From IMG/VR virus record IMGVR_UViG_3300038443_002533, positions 96,001 to 160,000 of that record: a stretch of DNA of 64,000 nt. One strand, written 5' to 3'. Shown here one piece after another: positions 9,274 through 19,300 of this stretch; within the stretch, counting starts at the first letter, position 1; each line of letters starts with the position of its first letter. A program made the position numbers and the translations under genes. The notes under the pieces are model-generated. The model saw nothing but the letters and a program-made list of their open reading frames with translations, searched no databases and was not told where the DNA came from. Source of the DNA: a virus. Taxonomy: Duplodnaviria; Caudoviricetes.

Positions 9274-10827
9274 ATGCCCATGATTTCACTTCCGATTCCG
9301 GAGACTGTGGAGAGCGTGACCCGTCCAGTGATGTTGGACGTCGTGCGTCAACTCATGACCCTCACCGGCATTTCGAAAAAGACCAACATCGTTTACTTCG
9401 GCGATTTGGAACGTTCCAAACAATTGAATTCCGCCATTGGTGCTTCGGATGAAAAGGATGACCCGAACACTTTTGCGCACAATGACAAGATTTCGATTGA
9501 AGTGGCTGAAACCTACTTCAATGAACTCGGCCACCAAGATGCGGTCGAGCGCCCTGAGAATTTGCTGGTGTTCCAAGATGCCCCGCTGTCGATCGTCATG
9601 AAGCCGATCTATGCCCAAATGGAAGCCACTGTCAGCATTCGCTTCCGGGCCAATAACAAAACCCTGGCGATGCAATGGCGTGACTTCGTCAAAGCTCGCC
9701 TGACCCAAAGCTTCAAACGCGAGTTGTACCTGCACAACGTCACGTATTCGTTCGGTATTCCGGAGGAGTGTTTGTACATTCTGAAGGAGCTGCATCGACT
9801 GCGCGAGAACGTTGCGGGTTTCGGTGAAGACTTCGATACCTACTTCGCCAATCACCGCACACCCAAAATGACCACGGTGCGTAACTTGAGCGCTACCGCG
9901 CAACTCTGGTCCGTACCTGAAACCCAGACCCGCATCCAAGGTTGGTTCGATTGGGAGTTGCCGGAAGAAGCGCAGAAAGATGCTGACGGGACCACGTACA
10001 CGGTCGCGTTCAATTACAAGTTCCGCTATGCACGCCCGACCCGGATCGAGATGATTTACCCGATCATGGTGCATAACCAGTTGCTCGACGCTAAATACCG
10101 CGACACCCCGCTGACGGATCCGAGTGACGTGGAAAAGAGCTACGCCATGACGGCGCGGATCTTCCGTTCGTTTGAAGGGGGGCAGTGGGATTGTAAACAG
10201 ATCCAAGACTTTGGCTTTTCGATTCCGGCGTTCGATGAGTTCTGGCCCAAGATGGTACCGAACGACACCCGGCGTCTGCTCACGGTGTTGTTCACGCTCG
10301 ATGATACCAATCCCCATCAGTTCTTGAACCTGGGTGATTTGAAGTCTCGTCAGCTCCATCCGGATATTCTGGAGTACATCCGCTCCGAACGGGAGTACTT
10401 GACGGTGCCAGGGTTGAGTGCGATTCATTTGGCGCTGTACAAGAATGAATTCCTGATCGCCAACAATCCCGCCCCCTTTAATGTCGATGCCGACCTGAAC
10501 GTCGTTGGGTTGTTGTCGACCAATCTGCGGGTGCAGCATCATTTGCGCATCAGTTTGTTCACTGACTGGCAAAGTCTGCGCGGTGGTGCGTTGCAGCGCA
10601 TGCAAGACCATGGCCGGGCGGCGATCCTGATGTTGATGGCGATTGACCCGTCGCTCAAGGACCGCGGTTTGTTGCCGGTGCTGATTGACGATAACTTCGT
10701 CTCCAAGACCAGCCTCTTGATTGCGATCAACAATCTGCGCCCAACCAAGAACATCCTCACCCCGGGACCGACTGGCATGATGTATACCGTCCAGTCGATG
10801 TTCCAAGAAACCTTTGCGGTGGAATAA
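9274..10827 (+). CDS. Virion structural protein, phiKZ gp98-like
   Basis: 517 aa; size and position in the conserved block. Confidence 0.6.
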   Translation: MPMISLPIPETVESVTRPVMLDVVRQLMTLTGISKKTNIVYFGDLERSKQLNSAIGASDEKDDPNTFAHNDKISIEVAETYFNELGHQDAVERPENLLVFQDAPLSIVMKPIYAQMEATVSIRFRANNKTLAMQWRDFVKARLTQSFKRELYLHNVTYSFGIPEECLYILKELHRLRENVAGFGEDFDTYFANHRTPKMTTVRNLSATAQLWSVPETQTRIQGWFDWELPEEAQKDADGTTYTVAFNYKFRYARPTRIEMIYPIMVHNQLLDAKYRDTPLTDPSDVEKSYAMTARIFRSFEGGQWDCKQIQDFGFSIPAFDEFWPKMVPNDTRRLLTVLFTLDDTNPHQFLNLGDLKSRQLHPDILEYIRSEREYLTVPGLSAIHLALYKNEFLIANNPAPFNVDADLNVVGLLSTNLRVQHHLRISLFTDWQSLRGGALQRMQDHGRAAILMLMAIDPSLKDRGLLPVLIDDNFVSKTSLLIAINNLRPTKNILTPGPTGMMYTVQSMFQETFAVE

Positions 10828-10834
10828 TTCTATC

Positions 10835-11614
10835 ATGCCGATTATTGAAGACACTCCCTTGACCCCACCGGTGAATCCGCCGGTGGCTGTGACCGTTGTG
10901 CCTCCTGAACACCGGGGCGTAACGGTTGACACAATAAGTCCAATAACGCCGCTTAAAGACCTGTCTGAAAATAGTGGTTTGGATAGGGAACATCCTATCG
11001 GCATATACGTTGCCAATAACAGTCAAACCGGCGACTACTACATTGGTGCTACAACCGAAAGAAAAAGAAGATTGCCGGAACATCTGAGTAAGCTCAATAC
11101 AGGATCGCATAGTAACCAGAAATTTCAAGAATCTTTTAATAGAAACTCTGATTTTGAATGGTTAGAGATTCCGATTGTCACCAGAGAAGATGCTTTTAGC
11201 TTGGAAAGGGATCTTATCAAAGCTTGTCGGGGAGATCCGCATTGCTTGAACTTGAAGGATGCTGTTCCGGTATCTGAAGAAACAAGAGAAAAACACAGAC
11301 AGTACCAGCTTGGTAAAAAGATGCCGGACGGCTTTTCAGAGAAACTTAGCGGCGTGCTGCTAGAACGATGGAAAGATCCTGAGTTCGTGCAGAAGCAAAG
11401 GGAAGCTAGAGTCGGCAGGACTCTTTCTGAAGAACATAAAGCAAATATTCGAGCTTCTAGTTCGTTCACGAAGAGTTCGGTTCCAGTGAATATTGATGGG
11501 GTGATTTACCCAAGTGTTAGGGACGCAAGCACCGCACTTAATGTTCCTTATACCACTGCTGCTAAAAGACTTAATAGTCCGAACTTTCCTAGTTGGGAAA
11601 GATTATCTCCATAA
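10835..11614 (+). CDS. GIY-YIG homing endonuclease fused to the first 33 codons of the interrupted structural gene
   Basis: GIYVANNSQTGDYYIG motif, downstream R (RRLPEH), E (LERDL) and N (CLN); NUMOD3-like SEETREK and SEEHKANI repeats; C-terminal VNIDGVIYPSVRDAS HTH-type module. Confidence 0.9.
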   Translation: MPIIEDTPLTPPVNPPVAVTVVPPEHRGVTVDTISPITPLKDLSENSGLDREHPIGIYVANNSQTGDYYIGATTERKRRLPEHLSKLNTGSHSNQKFQESFNRNSDFEWLEIPIVTREDAFSLERDLIKACRGDPHCLNLKDAVPVSEETREKHRQYQLGKKMPDGFSEKLSGVLLERWKDPEFVQKQREARVGRTLSEEHKANIRASSSFTKSSVPVNIDGVIYPSVRDASTALNVPYTTAAKRLNSPNFPSWERLSP

Positions 11615-11728
11615 CAAATGGTGAAATAAATGCCTATAATCGAAGATACACCTCTGACTCCTCCGGTTGATCCTCCTATTGCTGTTAAGGTTGTTTCCCC
11701 TGAGTTTAGAGGTTCGACCGTCGACACA
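10934..11728 (+). mobile_element. Free-standing homing endonuclease element carrying a recoded replacement 5' end for its target gene
   Basis: 795 bp, visibly AT-rich. Removing it leaves ...GACACA|CGCTAC..., an intact gp99-like ORF starting at 10835. Confidence 0.8.
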
Positions 11729-12994
11729 CGCTACGAATCGATGCGCTCGCTCCTGAGCCATATCGAAGGTGCGTCCTGGTCGGTGAACTACTACAGCCAA
11801 GTGCTGGGCAAAGACAATGCCCTGTCTGGCCAGAATCTCGATCGTCCCGCTGCCTACCAACAGTACAAACTGATCGAAGACTTTGAACTGAAAGTCACGA
11901 CCCCGCTCAATACCACCCAAGACCAAACCACCAAAGAATTCAACGTCACCGGCCAGGCCCATGTGTTTCCCTGCGGCTTGATCCCGAATGACGGGGACTG
12001 CTTTATTGCCGACGTAGGCGATGGTCGGGAAGCGGTGTTTGAAATCACCAATTCCGAGAAACGCTCGTTCTTGCCGGATGCGGCGTATATCGTCGATTAC
12101 AAGATCGTGGCGTGGTCGGAGCAAGACAGCCGGATCCAAGACCTCAACAGCAAAGTGATCCAGACCCTGCATCTCAGCACCGAGATGATGGACAATGGCC
12201 AGCGCGGTCTGATCGACATCGATGACTTCACCTTGAGCGTGAAGCTGCAAGGGTACCATAACGAGATCGTCGACTACTACTTCTCGCGCTTCATGAGCCG
12301 GGATTTGCGCACGCTGGTGTTGCCGGGTCAAGACTACGCGATTTACGACCCGTTCCTGACGCATGCCGTATTGGCGATGCTGCGCGATGAACAACATCCC
12401 AACATCAAACTCATCCGTGAACTGAATGTCGGGGAAGACGATAACTACTTGACCCCGACCATCTGGACCGCGCTGAACAAGAAACGGCGTAAGGAGTTGG
12501 TGGGTGGGATGCAAAAGGTGGGCCTGGTTTCTACTCGCGCTTTCACGCGTGAACCCAGCATGAACTCGATCCGCTATTCGGGGATTGATTACGTGGTGTA
12601 TCCGATCGATCCAGTCAAGTCCATCGACTACCTGCAACACGACCAAACCAAACCGTTGAGTGATGTGCTCATCAAAGGCACCTCGACCGCGTTGGTGGAT
12701 TTGTTTGATGTGATCCAGATCACCGAACTGAATGGCTTGCCGAGCTTCGATGCTCCAGCCGTCAACCGTTCGCAAAACGACACCTACGTGTTTTCCCCTC
12801 AATTTTACCAACGCACCAATCCGGGTCAATCGGCATTGGAATTGGCCTTCCAGAACTACCTGGACGATCGCGCCATTCCACTACGCACGCTGTTACAGAT
12901 GAGCGTCAGCTACACCAGCTGGGCGCCGCTGGAACAGTTCTATCAACTGCCGATGCTGCTCGCAATGATCCGTGGTGCTCTCCGGAGAATGTAA
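11630..12994 (+). CDS. Virion structural protein, phiKZ gp99-like (codons 1-33 supplied by the homing element)
   Basis: 454 aa; WSVNYYSQVLG and GLIPNDGDCFIADVGDGR motifs; synteny. Confidence 0.65.
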   Translation: MPIIEDTPLTPPVDPPIAVKVVSPEFRGSTVDTRYESMRSLLSHIEGASWSVNYYSQVLGKDNALSGQNLDRPAAYQQYKLIEDFELKVTTPLNTTQDQTTKEFNVTGQAHVFPCGLIPNDGDCFIADVGDGREAVFEITNSEKRSFLPDAAYIVDYKIVAWSEQDSRIQDLNSKVIQTLHLSTEMMDNGQRGLIDIDDFTLSVKLQGYHNEIVDYYFSRFMSRDLRTLVLPGQDYAIYDPFLTHAVLAMLRDEQHPNIKLIRELNVGEDDNYLTPTIWTALNKKRRKELVGGMQKVGLVSTRAFTREPSMNSIRYSGIDYVVYPIDPVKSIDYLQHDQTKPLSDVLIKGTSTALVDLFDVIQITELNGLPSFDAPAVNRSQNDTYVFSPQFYQRTNPGQSALELAFQNYLDDRAIPLRTLLQMSVSYTSWAPLEQFYQLPMLLAMIRGALRRM

Positions 12995-13710
12995 TGGGTT
13001 ATATTCCAGAGTCGCAACGTACCACTGGCTGGTACTTGTTTAACAAACTGTTTCAAGTGCGCATCAACCCGCACCATGCACGTACTGCGGATGAGATCAA
13101 GCGCTATGGCACCCCGACCACCGGCAATGAAGACGTCGACCGGGAAATGGACAAGTACGAGCAAATCGTGATGTGGTCGATTGCGCGACTGGAAGCGCAC
13201 TTCAGCAGCGGGTACCCGGTCAAGTTCGTCAAGCGCAGTGATTGCGATGAAGTCTATCGCTTGCTTCAAAACCACTTGATGGCCATGCAACAAGCCTTGA
13301 CGGTGTCGGAAAACGTGACGGGCAATCCCGAGACCATGGCGGAACTGGTGCGCCTCGACCAATTCGCTGAAGCAGTGTTTCAGTACGCCCGGCACGGCAT
13401 GCGTGATAGCCTGGAGCATGCTGGCTTTGCCCGTCGGGCCCGAGCGCGGGACCCGTTCGCCAAACTTGGGTCAAAGATCCGCAATCGCCAGTTGGAGACG
13501 GATGCCCCCAAAGAAACCCTGCCGGGTGGCTCCAGTGTGGGGCGGCAATACGGCACCCACGCGGACATGGTGGCACAAACCCCACCGGTGGTCAACGAGA
13601 ACGGGGTGATGGAGTTGGATCCGATTGTGGAAGATCCGAACCTACCGCGTCGTACGAGCCTGGCGAAGTTGTTTGAAGAACGGCGTCAACTCGGGCTCCA
13701 GTGGAAATAA
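12994..13710 (+). CDS. Conserved protein, phiKZ gp100-like
   Basis: 238 aa, start overlaps the upstream stop (TAATG); synteny. Confidence 0.55.
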   Translation: MGYIPESQRTTGWYLFNKLFQVRINPHHARTADEIKRYGTPTTGNEDVDREMDKYEQIVMWSIARLEAHFSSGYPVKFVKRSDCDEVYRLLQNHLMAMQQALTVSENVTGNPETMAELVRLDQFAEAVFQYARHGMRDSLEHAGFARRARARDPFAKLGSKIRNRQLETDAPKETLPGGSSVGRQYGTHADMVAQTPPVVNENGVMELDPIVEDPNLPRRTSLAKLFEERRQLGLQWK

Positions 13711-13719
13711 GGAGCGGTC

Positions 13720-15084
13720 ATGGATATTGAAAGTTCCTCCCTGTGGCGCGAGGTGCAAGCCATCATCGAATCGGGCAGCAATCCCGTGCACCATACCTGG
13801 GACATCACCATCTACGCGGGAGATGAAACCATCAAGCCGTTTAAGGTAATGTCGATTGACATCGATCGGGATTATCTGCACAACTTCACCGATTACATGT
13901 TGATCGATGTCCGGATTCCGCTGGGCACGTACGCCAAGCGCCTGTACCCAAATGCGAATAACGTCGAGATCGAACTCAAACGGATCGCATTGGGGGAATC
14001 CAGTGATGTCACCAACCTGGACGATCAAGTCCAGATGGAGCGCTATGCGGCGGTGATGATCGATACTGGCAACCCGGTGGTGGCCAACTCGATTGGTAGC
14101 ATCACTTCGGAAGAAGACCTGAACCGGATTGATATCCCGACGGTGAAGTTCCAGTTGTTCAATAAAGCCCTGGACCAGTTGCGCACCGTCCCAGCTGGCG
14201 GTATCTATCGCAACATGACTGGGGAAGATGTGGTCAAGGCGGTGTTGATCAAAACCGCGGAAATCGTGAAGGTGGATGCCACCCGCGCCGTGCGGGGGGT
14301 GCAGATGGTGCAAGCCTCGAACCGAGAAAAGCGCGAACACGTGATCGTACCGCACCAAGTCAAAGCGGTGGATATCCCGCACCACGTACATTACCACTGC
14401 GGCGGGTTGTATTCGGCGGGGTTGGGTTACTATCTGCAAGACGACACGTGGTACGTGTTTCCAGCGTACGACACCACCCGCTTCAATGATGGCGATCCGA
14501 CCCTCACCATCGTGAATATCCCCAGCCACCGTCTGCCCGGGATTGAGCGCACCTACCGTAAGGATGGCGATAACTTAGTGGTGCTGGCCACGGGTCAAGT
14601 CAACATGCGTGAGCTGCGCAACATCGCTCAACTCAATCATGGTAATGGTGTACGGTTTGCGGATGCCGATGCGTTGATCGATAACTTTGTCCAAGTGAAA
14701 GACAACAAAGCGGTAGCACAGCGCGCGAAGACCAACACTGAGATCTTGGCCGATAAACGTCCGAACGATGTCAACTACGTCACGGCGGGTCAGCGGCGGA
14801 TCAATGCCAATCCCTTCGTCGAGTATTCGGCACTGGCTGCCCGGCAAGGCAGTGGCATGTCGTTGGTGTGGGAAAATGCCGATCCGGCCTTGGTGTATCC
14901 CGGCATGCCCGTCAAGGTGATGTACCTGGATGGGGATGCGATCGAAGAACTCACCGGCGTGTTGCTGGGTGCCCATTGGTACACCAGTTTGCGTGATCCT
15001 GGGGTCACGGCGCTGCGCTTTAGCAGTCAACTCACCTTGAGTGTCTTCGTTACTCCGGTGACGGATACGAGCGGGTCGACATAG
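13720..15084 (+). CDS. Virion structural protein, phiKZ gp101-like (baseplate hub-like)
   Basis: 454 aa; W.NADP.LVYPGMPVKVMY C-terminal motif; GLYSAGLGYYLQD. Confidence 0.6.
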   Translation: MDIESSSLWREVQAIIESGSNPVHHTWDITIYAGDETIKPFKVMSIDIDRDYLHNFTDYMLIDVRIPLGTYAKRLYPNANNVEIELKRIALGESSDVTNLDDQVQMERYAAVMIDTGNPVVANSIGSITSEEDLNRIDIPTVKFQLFNKALDQLRTVPAGGIYRNMTGEDVVKAVLIKTAEIVKVDATRAVRGVQMVQASNREKREHVIVPHQVKAVDIPHHVHYHCGGLYSAGLGYYLQDDTWYVFPAYDTTRFNDGDPTLTIVNIPSHRLPGIERTYRKDGDNLVVLATGQVNMRELRNIAQLNHGNGVRFADADALIDNFVQVKDNKAVAQRAKTNTEILADKRPNDVNYVTAGQRRINANPFVEYSALAARQGSGMSLVWENADPALVYPGMPVKVMYLDGDAIEELTGVLLGAHWYTSLRDPGVTALRFSSQLTLSVFVTPVTDTSGST

Positions 15085-15145
15085 CGCGCTTTTATTCTAT
15101 GTCAACCTAATTCGCCTTTCCATTGAATCTCGCATAGGAGCCAAT

Positions 15146-15721
15146 ATGGCGACCGATTTTACCAAGATGCCGTTGGAAATCCTTGTCGACTTGATCAACT
15201 TGGCCAACGGTTCTGCCCTGACCACGGCGGACGTCAGTTTCAGTCCCCCGACCGCGCTCACCGGGGCCAGTCGTAATACGGGTCTCACCATCACCGCCAA
15301 ACCCGGCGGGATGTACAGTGGTTCCCGGGACGTGACGTATAACCGGGTGGACATGGGGATGATCCCGGGCTTGCGCAGTACCGAGTTTACCGTCAATCCA
15401 AGTTGGCGCTACATGCACGACTTGGTGCCGGCAATTAACGCCGCGTATAACCTGAATCTGCAACCGGAAGATTATTACGACGACCAGTTGCCAGACTTCA
15501 GCGATTACACGCTGAACAACCACAACTTCCTGCTGCGTGCCCAACCGGGTTCGTACATCTACACCAACATGCTGGTGTTGACGGCAGTCGGCGGTAAGAC
15601 GTTGATTTCGGATTACCTGACGCAAAATCTGCTGAGCGGCTTCATTCTGCCCACCCTCTCGCAACTGGGGGGCGATAATTTGCTCAACGGGTTCGTTTTC
15701 CCGTCACCCACGAACGGCTGA
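15146..15721 (+). CDS. Small virion protein of the jumbo-phage fibre-adaptor family
   Basis: ILVDLINLAN...RNTGLTITA...YSGSRDVTYNR pattern, shared with 15817 and 22226. Confidence 0.6.
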   Translation: MATDFTKMPLEILVDLINLANGSALTTADVSFSPPTALTGASRNTGLTITAKPGGMYSGSRDVTYNRVDMGMIPGLRSTEFTVNPSWRYMHDLVPAINAAYNLNLQPEDYYDDQLPDFSDYTLNNHNFLLRAQPGSYIYTNMLVLTAVGGKTLISDYLTQNLLSGFILPTLSQLGGDNLLNGFVFPSPTNG

Positions 15722-15730
15722 TTCACCTCA

Positions 15731-15792
15731 AGAGAGCATCCCTACCCTTACTGCCGCAAAGGACAAGTAAGGGTAGGGATGCTCTCTTTTTT
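15731..15792 (+). terminator. Long terminator hairpin (22 bp perfect stem)
   Basis: AGAGAGCATCCCTACCCTTACT (15731-15752) pairs with 15766-15787; 13 nt loop; T tract follows. Confidence 0.85.
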
Positions 15793-15816
15793 GATGTTTG
15801 TTAAATAAGGTTCCTT

Positions 15817-16311
15817 ATGTCCAGTACCGACCGGATTTTGCAAATGGTCGTGGCCAAGAATCACCCGACCTATCCCATCACCCCTGATACTGTCGCGTTA
15901 GATGGGATGCTGGTCGACAACGCCAATGACCATAACACCCGTGTCACCATGCGCTCACGCGGCCCCCAGACGGGCTACAGTGGCCAGGTGGACCTGTTCT
16001 ACACCCGGGTCAACTTAACCGCCATGGGCACCATCCAGGCGATTCAAGAAGCCCCGTTCACCATCGATAGTTTACTGGCCAATATCAACGCCAGCAAAAA
16101 TGCCCAGATGACTGCGGAAGATGTCACCAATACCATTTTGCCGGTGACAGAGACGGGCGTCCCGGTGACGATTTTGCTGAGCGCTTCCGATGACTCGCTG
16201 GCTTGGTTGGGCAATACACAGGTAACGATCCTGAATGGGATCCCGGCCAGCGCCCCGGACCTCTTCACGTTTTTGACCCAAACGGCCGCGAGTCTCTTTC
16301 CACAGTCGTAA
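15817..16311 (+). CDS. Fibre-adaptor-family virion protein, directly upstream of fibre 1
   Basis: NTRVTM...YSGQVDLFYTRVNL pattern, paralogous to 15146 and 22226. Confidence 0.55.
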   Translation: MSSTDRILQMVVAKNHPTYPITPDTVALDGMLVDNANDHNTRVTMRSRGPQTGYSGQVDLFYTRVNLTAMGTIQAIQEAPFTIDSLLANINASKNAQMTAEDVTNTILPVTETGVPVTILLSASDDSLAWLGNTQVTILNGIPASAPDLFTFLTQTAASLFPQS

Positions 16312-16335
16312 TTTCGCCATACAAAAGGAATACGC

Positions 16336-19300
16336 ATGTCTAACATGGACGACCTGATTGCTGGGTTTAAAACGAGCATGCAAATTGCTGGGTTGGTGGC
16401 GGGCGGTGATGCCAATACCGACGTCGACACCCCAGCTGGGAAAATCCCATCGCTGGCCAAGCAGTCGCGCCTGGCCCAAGAGAAGTTCGATGCCCTGACG
16501 GCGCAAGGGAACAACGTACTGCGCACTGACACCCAGGCAACGTACAGCAGCGCCCAACAACAACAAGCGCGCACCAATCTGGGGTTGGATCGCATCAACA
16601 ACACCGCTGACGCCGACAAGCCCATGTCGACGGTGGTGCAAGCTGCCATCAATGATTTGCTGGCGCAGCTGCAAAGCAAAGAATCGACCAGCAACAAAAG
16701 TGTCAAAGATGGTTACGTGGGCTACGAGGGCAATCTGCTTGCGCTCATCAATAACGTCAACAACACCAAGAGCTACCTGATCAACAACGCCACCGCAGGG
16801 CACAACTATAACCTGCCTGACAAGAATGGCACTTTTGCACTGCTGGACGACATCACCGGTACCAACAGCGGGGTGAATACCGGCGACGAGACGACCACCA
16901 CGATTAAGAATAAACTCGGCATCACGACCCTGTCGGGGGTGAATACCGGTGACTTCGATAACGTGGTGGTGGTGGCGAACTCGGCCTCCTTGCCCAACCA
17001 AGGCGTGGCCAAACGGATTTACGTCGATCAAGCGGCCTCGGTGCTGTATTACTGGAATGGTGCGGCGTATTCCCAACTCACCACCCTGATCGCGAATACC
17101 GACTCGGTGGCAGAAGGCAATACCAACAAATACTTCACGCAACTGCGCTCGATCCAATCGGTGCTCAGCAATTACGTGAATGGCGTGAGTGGTGCGGTTA
17201 GTAGCGGCGATACGGTGGTCAATGCCATCAGTAAGCTGCAAACCCAGATCAACAACGCCATCAACGACTATACCGCCAAACTGGTCACCAAAGAAGATCT
17301 GGCCAACAAGGTCACTGACTTCAGCGTAGTGAACGATACGCTGTACCCCAGTGTGCAAGCGGTCAAGACCTATGCTGATGCTCTGGTGGCAGGGGTCCTG
17401 AAAGACTGCGGTAACTGGAATGCCTCGACCAATCAATTCCCGACCAACGGCGGCACGGGCTTGAATGGTGCGATTCGCAAAGGCAATCTGTGGTATGTGG
17501 CAGTCGCCGGGACCTTGGGTGGCATCCCGGTCAACGTCGGTGACGCGTTCCGTGCATTGGTCGATGGCCCGGGCCAGACGGCATCCAACTGGGCGGTGCT
17601 GGAATCGAACCTGGGTTATGTGCCGTACAACTCGACCAACCCGGCGGGCTACATCTCGGGTATCACCGGCCCGATGGTGACCGCAGCACTGGGTTACACG
17701 CCCCTGAAGACCACCGACAAGAACGCGAACAACGGTGTGGTGGGGACGACTGGGTTCAAGATCAACTTCATCAATAACCTCGGCACCGTCACGTCGTTCC
17801 TCAGCACGGATGCTACGCAAGCCCGCACCTACAACTTCCCAGACAAAGATGGCACCGTGGCGATGCTGTCTGATATCACCGGTACTTCGTCTGGGGTGAA
17901 TACGGGCGATGAGACCCAAGCCAGTATTTTACAAAAGCTGGGTGCCACCCAAGTGACGGGTTCCAACACGGGCGACCAAACCATCACCTTGACCGGCGAT
18001 GTCACGGGTTCTGGTACGGGTAGCTTCGCAGCAACGATTCAACCCAATAGCGTGACGTTGGCCAAGATGACCCAGATCGCTACCGGCATGTTGCTGGGGC
18101 GCGCCAGTGCCGGCTCGGGTAATGTCGAAACCTTGACCGCCACCCAAGTCAAGGCGTTGATGAGCTTGGACCAAGTCAACAACACCAGTGACGCCAACAA
18201 GCCGGTGAGCACAGCGCAACAGACTGCTCTGAACCTGAAAGAAAACCTCAGCAACAAAGCAACCGATTTCAGCACGATCGACAACGTCAAGTACCCGACC
18301 ACGTCGGCCGTCAAGAACTACATGGATGGACGTTTGACCAGTGTGGTGGTTGATTGCGGTAGTTGGGATGCCTCGACCGGTAGCTATCCATCGACGGGTG
18401 GTACTGGTACCGCAGGGGCGATCAAGAAGGGTAACCTGTTCTTCATCTCGGTGGCCGGCAATATCGGCGGCACGCAGCTGGGGGTCGGTGACTCGATCCG
18501 CGCTTTGGTGGACAGCCCCGGTCAAGTGAATAGCAACTGGGATGCGCTGGAAACTAACATCGGCTACGTGCCCTACAATGCTTCCAACCCGGCTGGGTAC
18601 CTCTCAGCGATTACGGCCGCGATGGTCACGGGTGCACTGGGGTATACGCCCCTGTCCCCCAACAGCGTCAATGCGGCTGGCGGCGTGGTTGGGATGTCGG
18701 GTTACAAAGTCACTTTCGTCAATAACGCCGGTACGGTGACCTCGACCCTGGAAAACACCAACACCTCGCCGCGCGCCTATGTGTTGCCAGATAAGAGTGG
18801 TACGGTGGCGATGTTGTCGGACATCACGGGTATCAACTCGGGCACCAACACCGGTGACGAAACCGCGACCACGATCAAATCGAAGTTGGGCATCACCACG
18901 CTGTCCGGTAGCAATACTGGTGATGAAACCCAAGGGTCGATTTTGTCGAAGTTGGGGGCGACCGCCGTCAGTGGCTCCAATACCGGGGATGAGACGCAGG
19001 CCTCGATTGTCACCAAGCTGGGTTACACGCCGGTCAATAAGAGCGGCGACAGCATGACTGGCGTCTTGAACTTTGCGGCTGGGGTGAGTTTGGGGGCAGC
19101 GTCGACGGTGAACCTGGATTCGGTGACCAGCAACGTGGTGGAAATCACTGGCACTACCACGATCAATTCGTTGTTGCTGGCCGACGGTCACATGCGGTTC
19201 CTGCACTTCTCGGCCAGTCTGACGTTGAAGAACACGGCGTCACTGGTGTTGCCAACTGGTCAAGACATTGTCACGCAAGCCGGTGACTGGGCGGTGGTGG

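Noticed and set aside
10934-11728. Group I intron or intein explanation for the endonuclease insert
   Set aside because: There is no room for a ribozyme core, no register gives a 5' exon ending in U with a terminal G, the ORF has its own stop, and there are no intein splice motifs; the duplicated gene start makes splicing unnecessary
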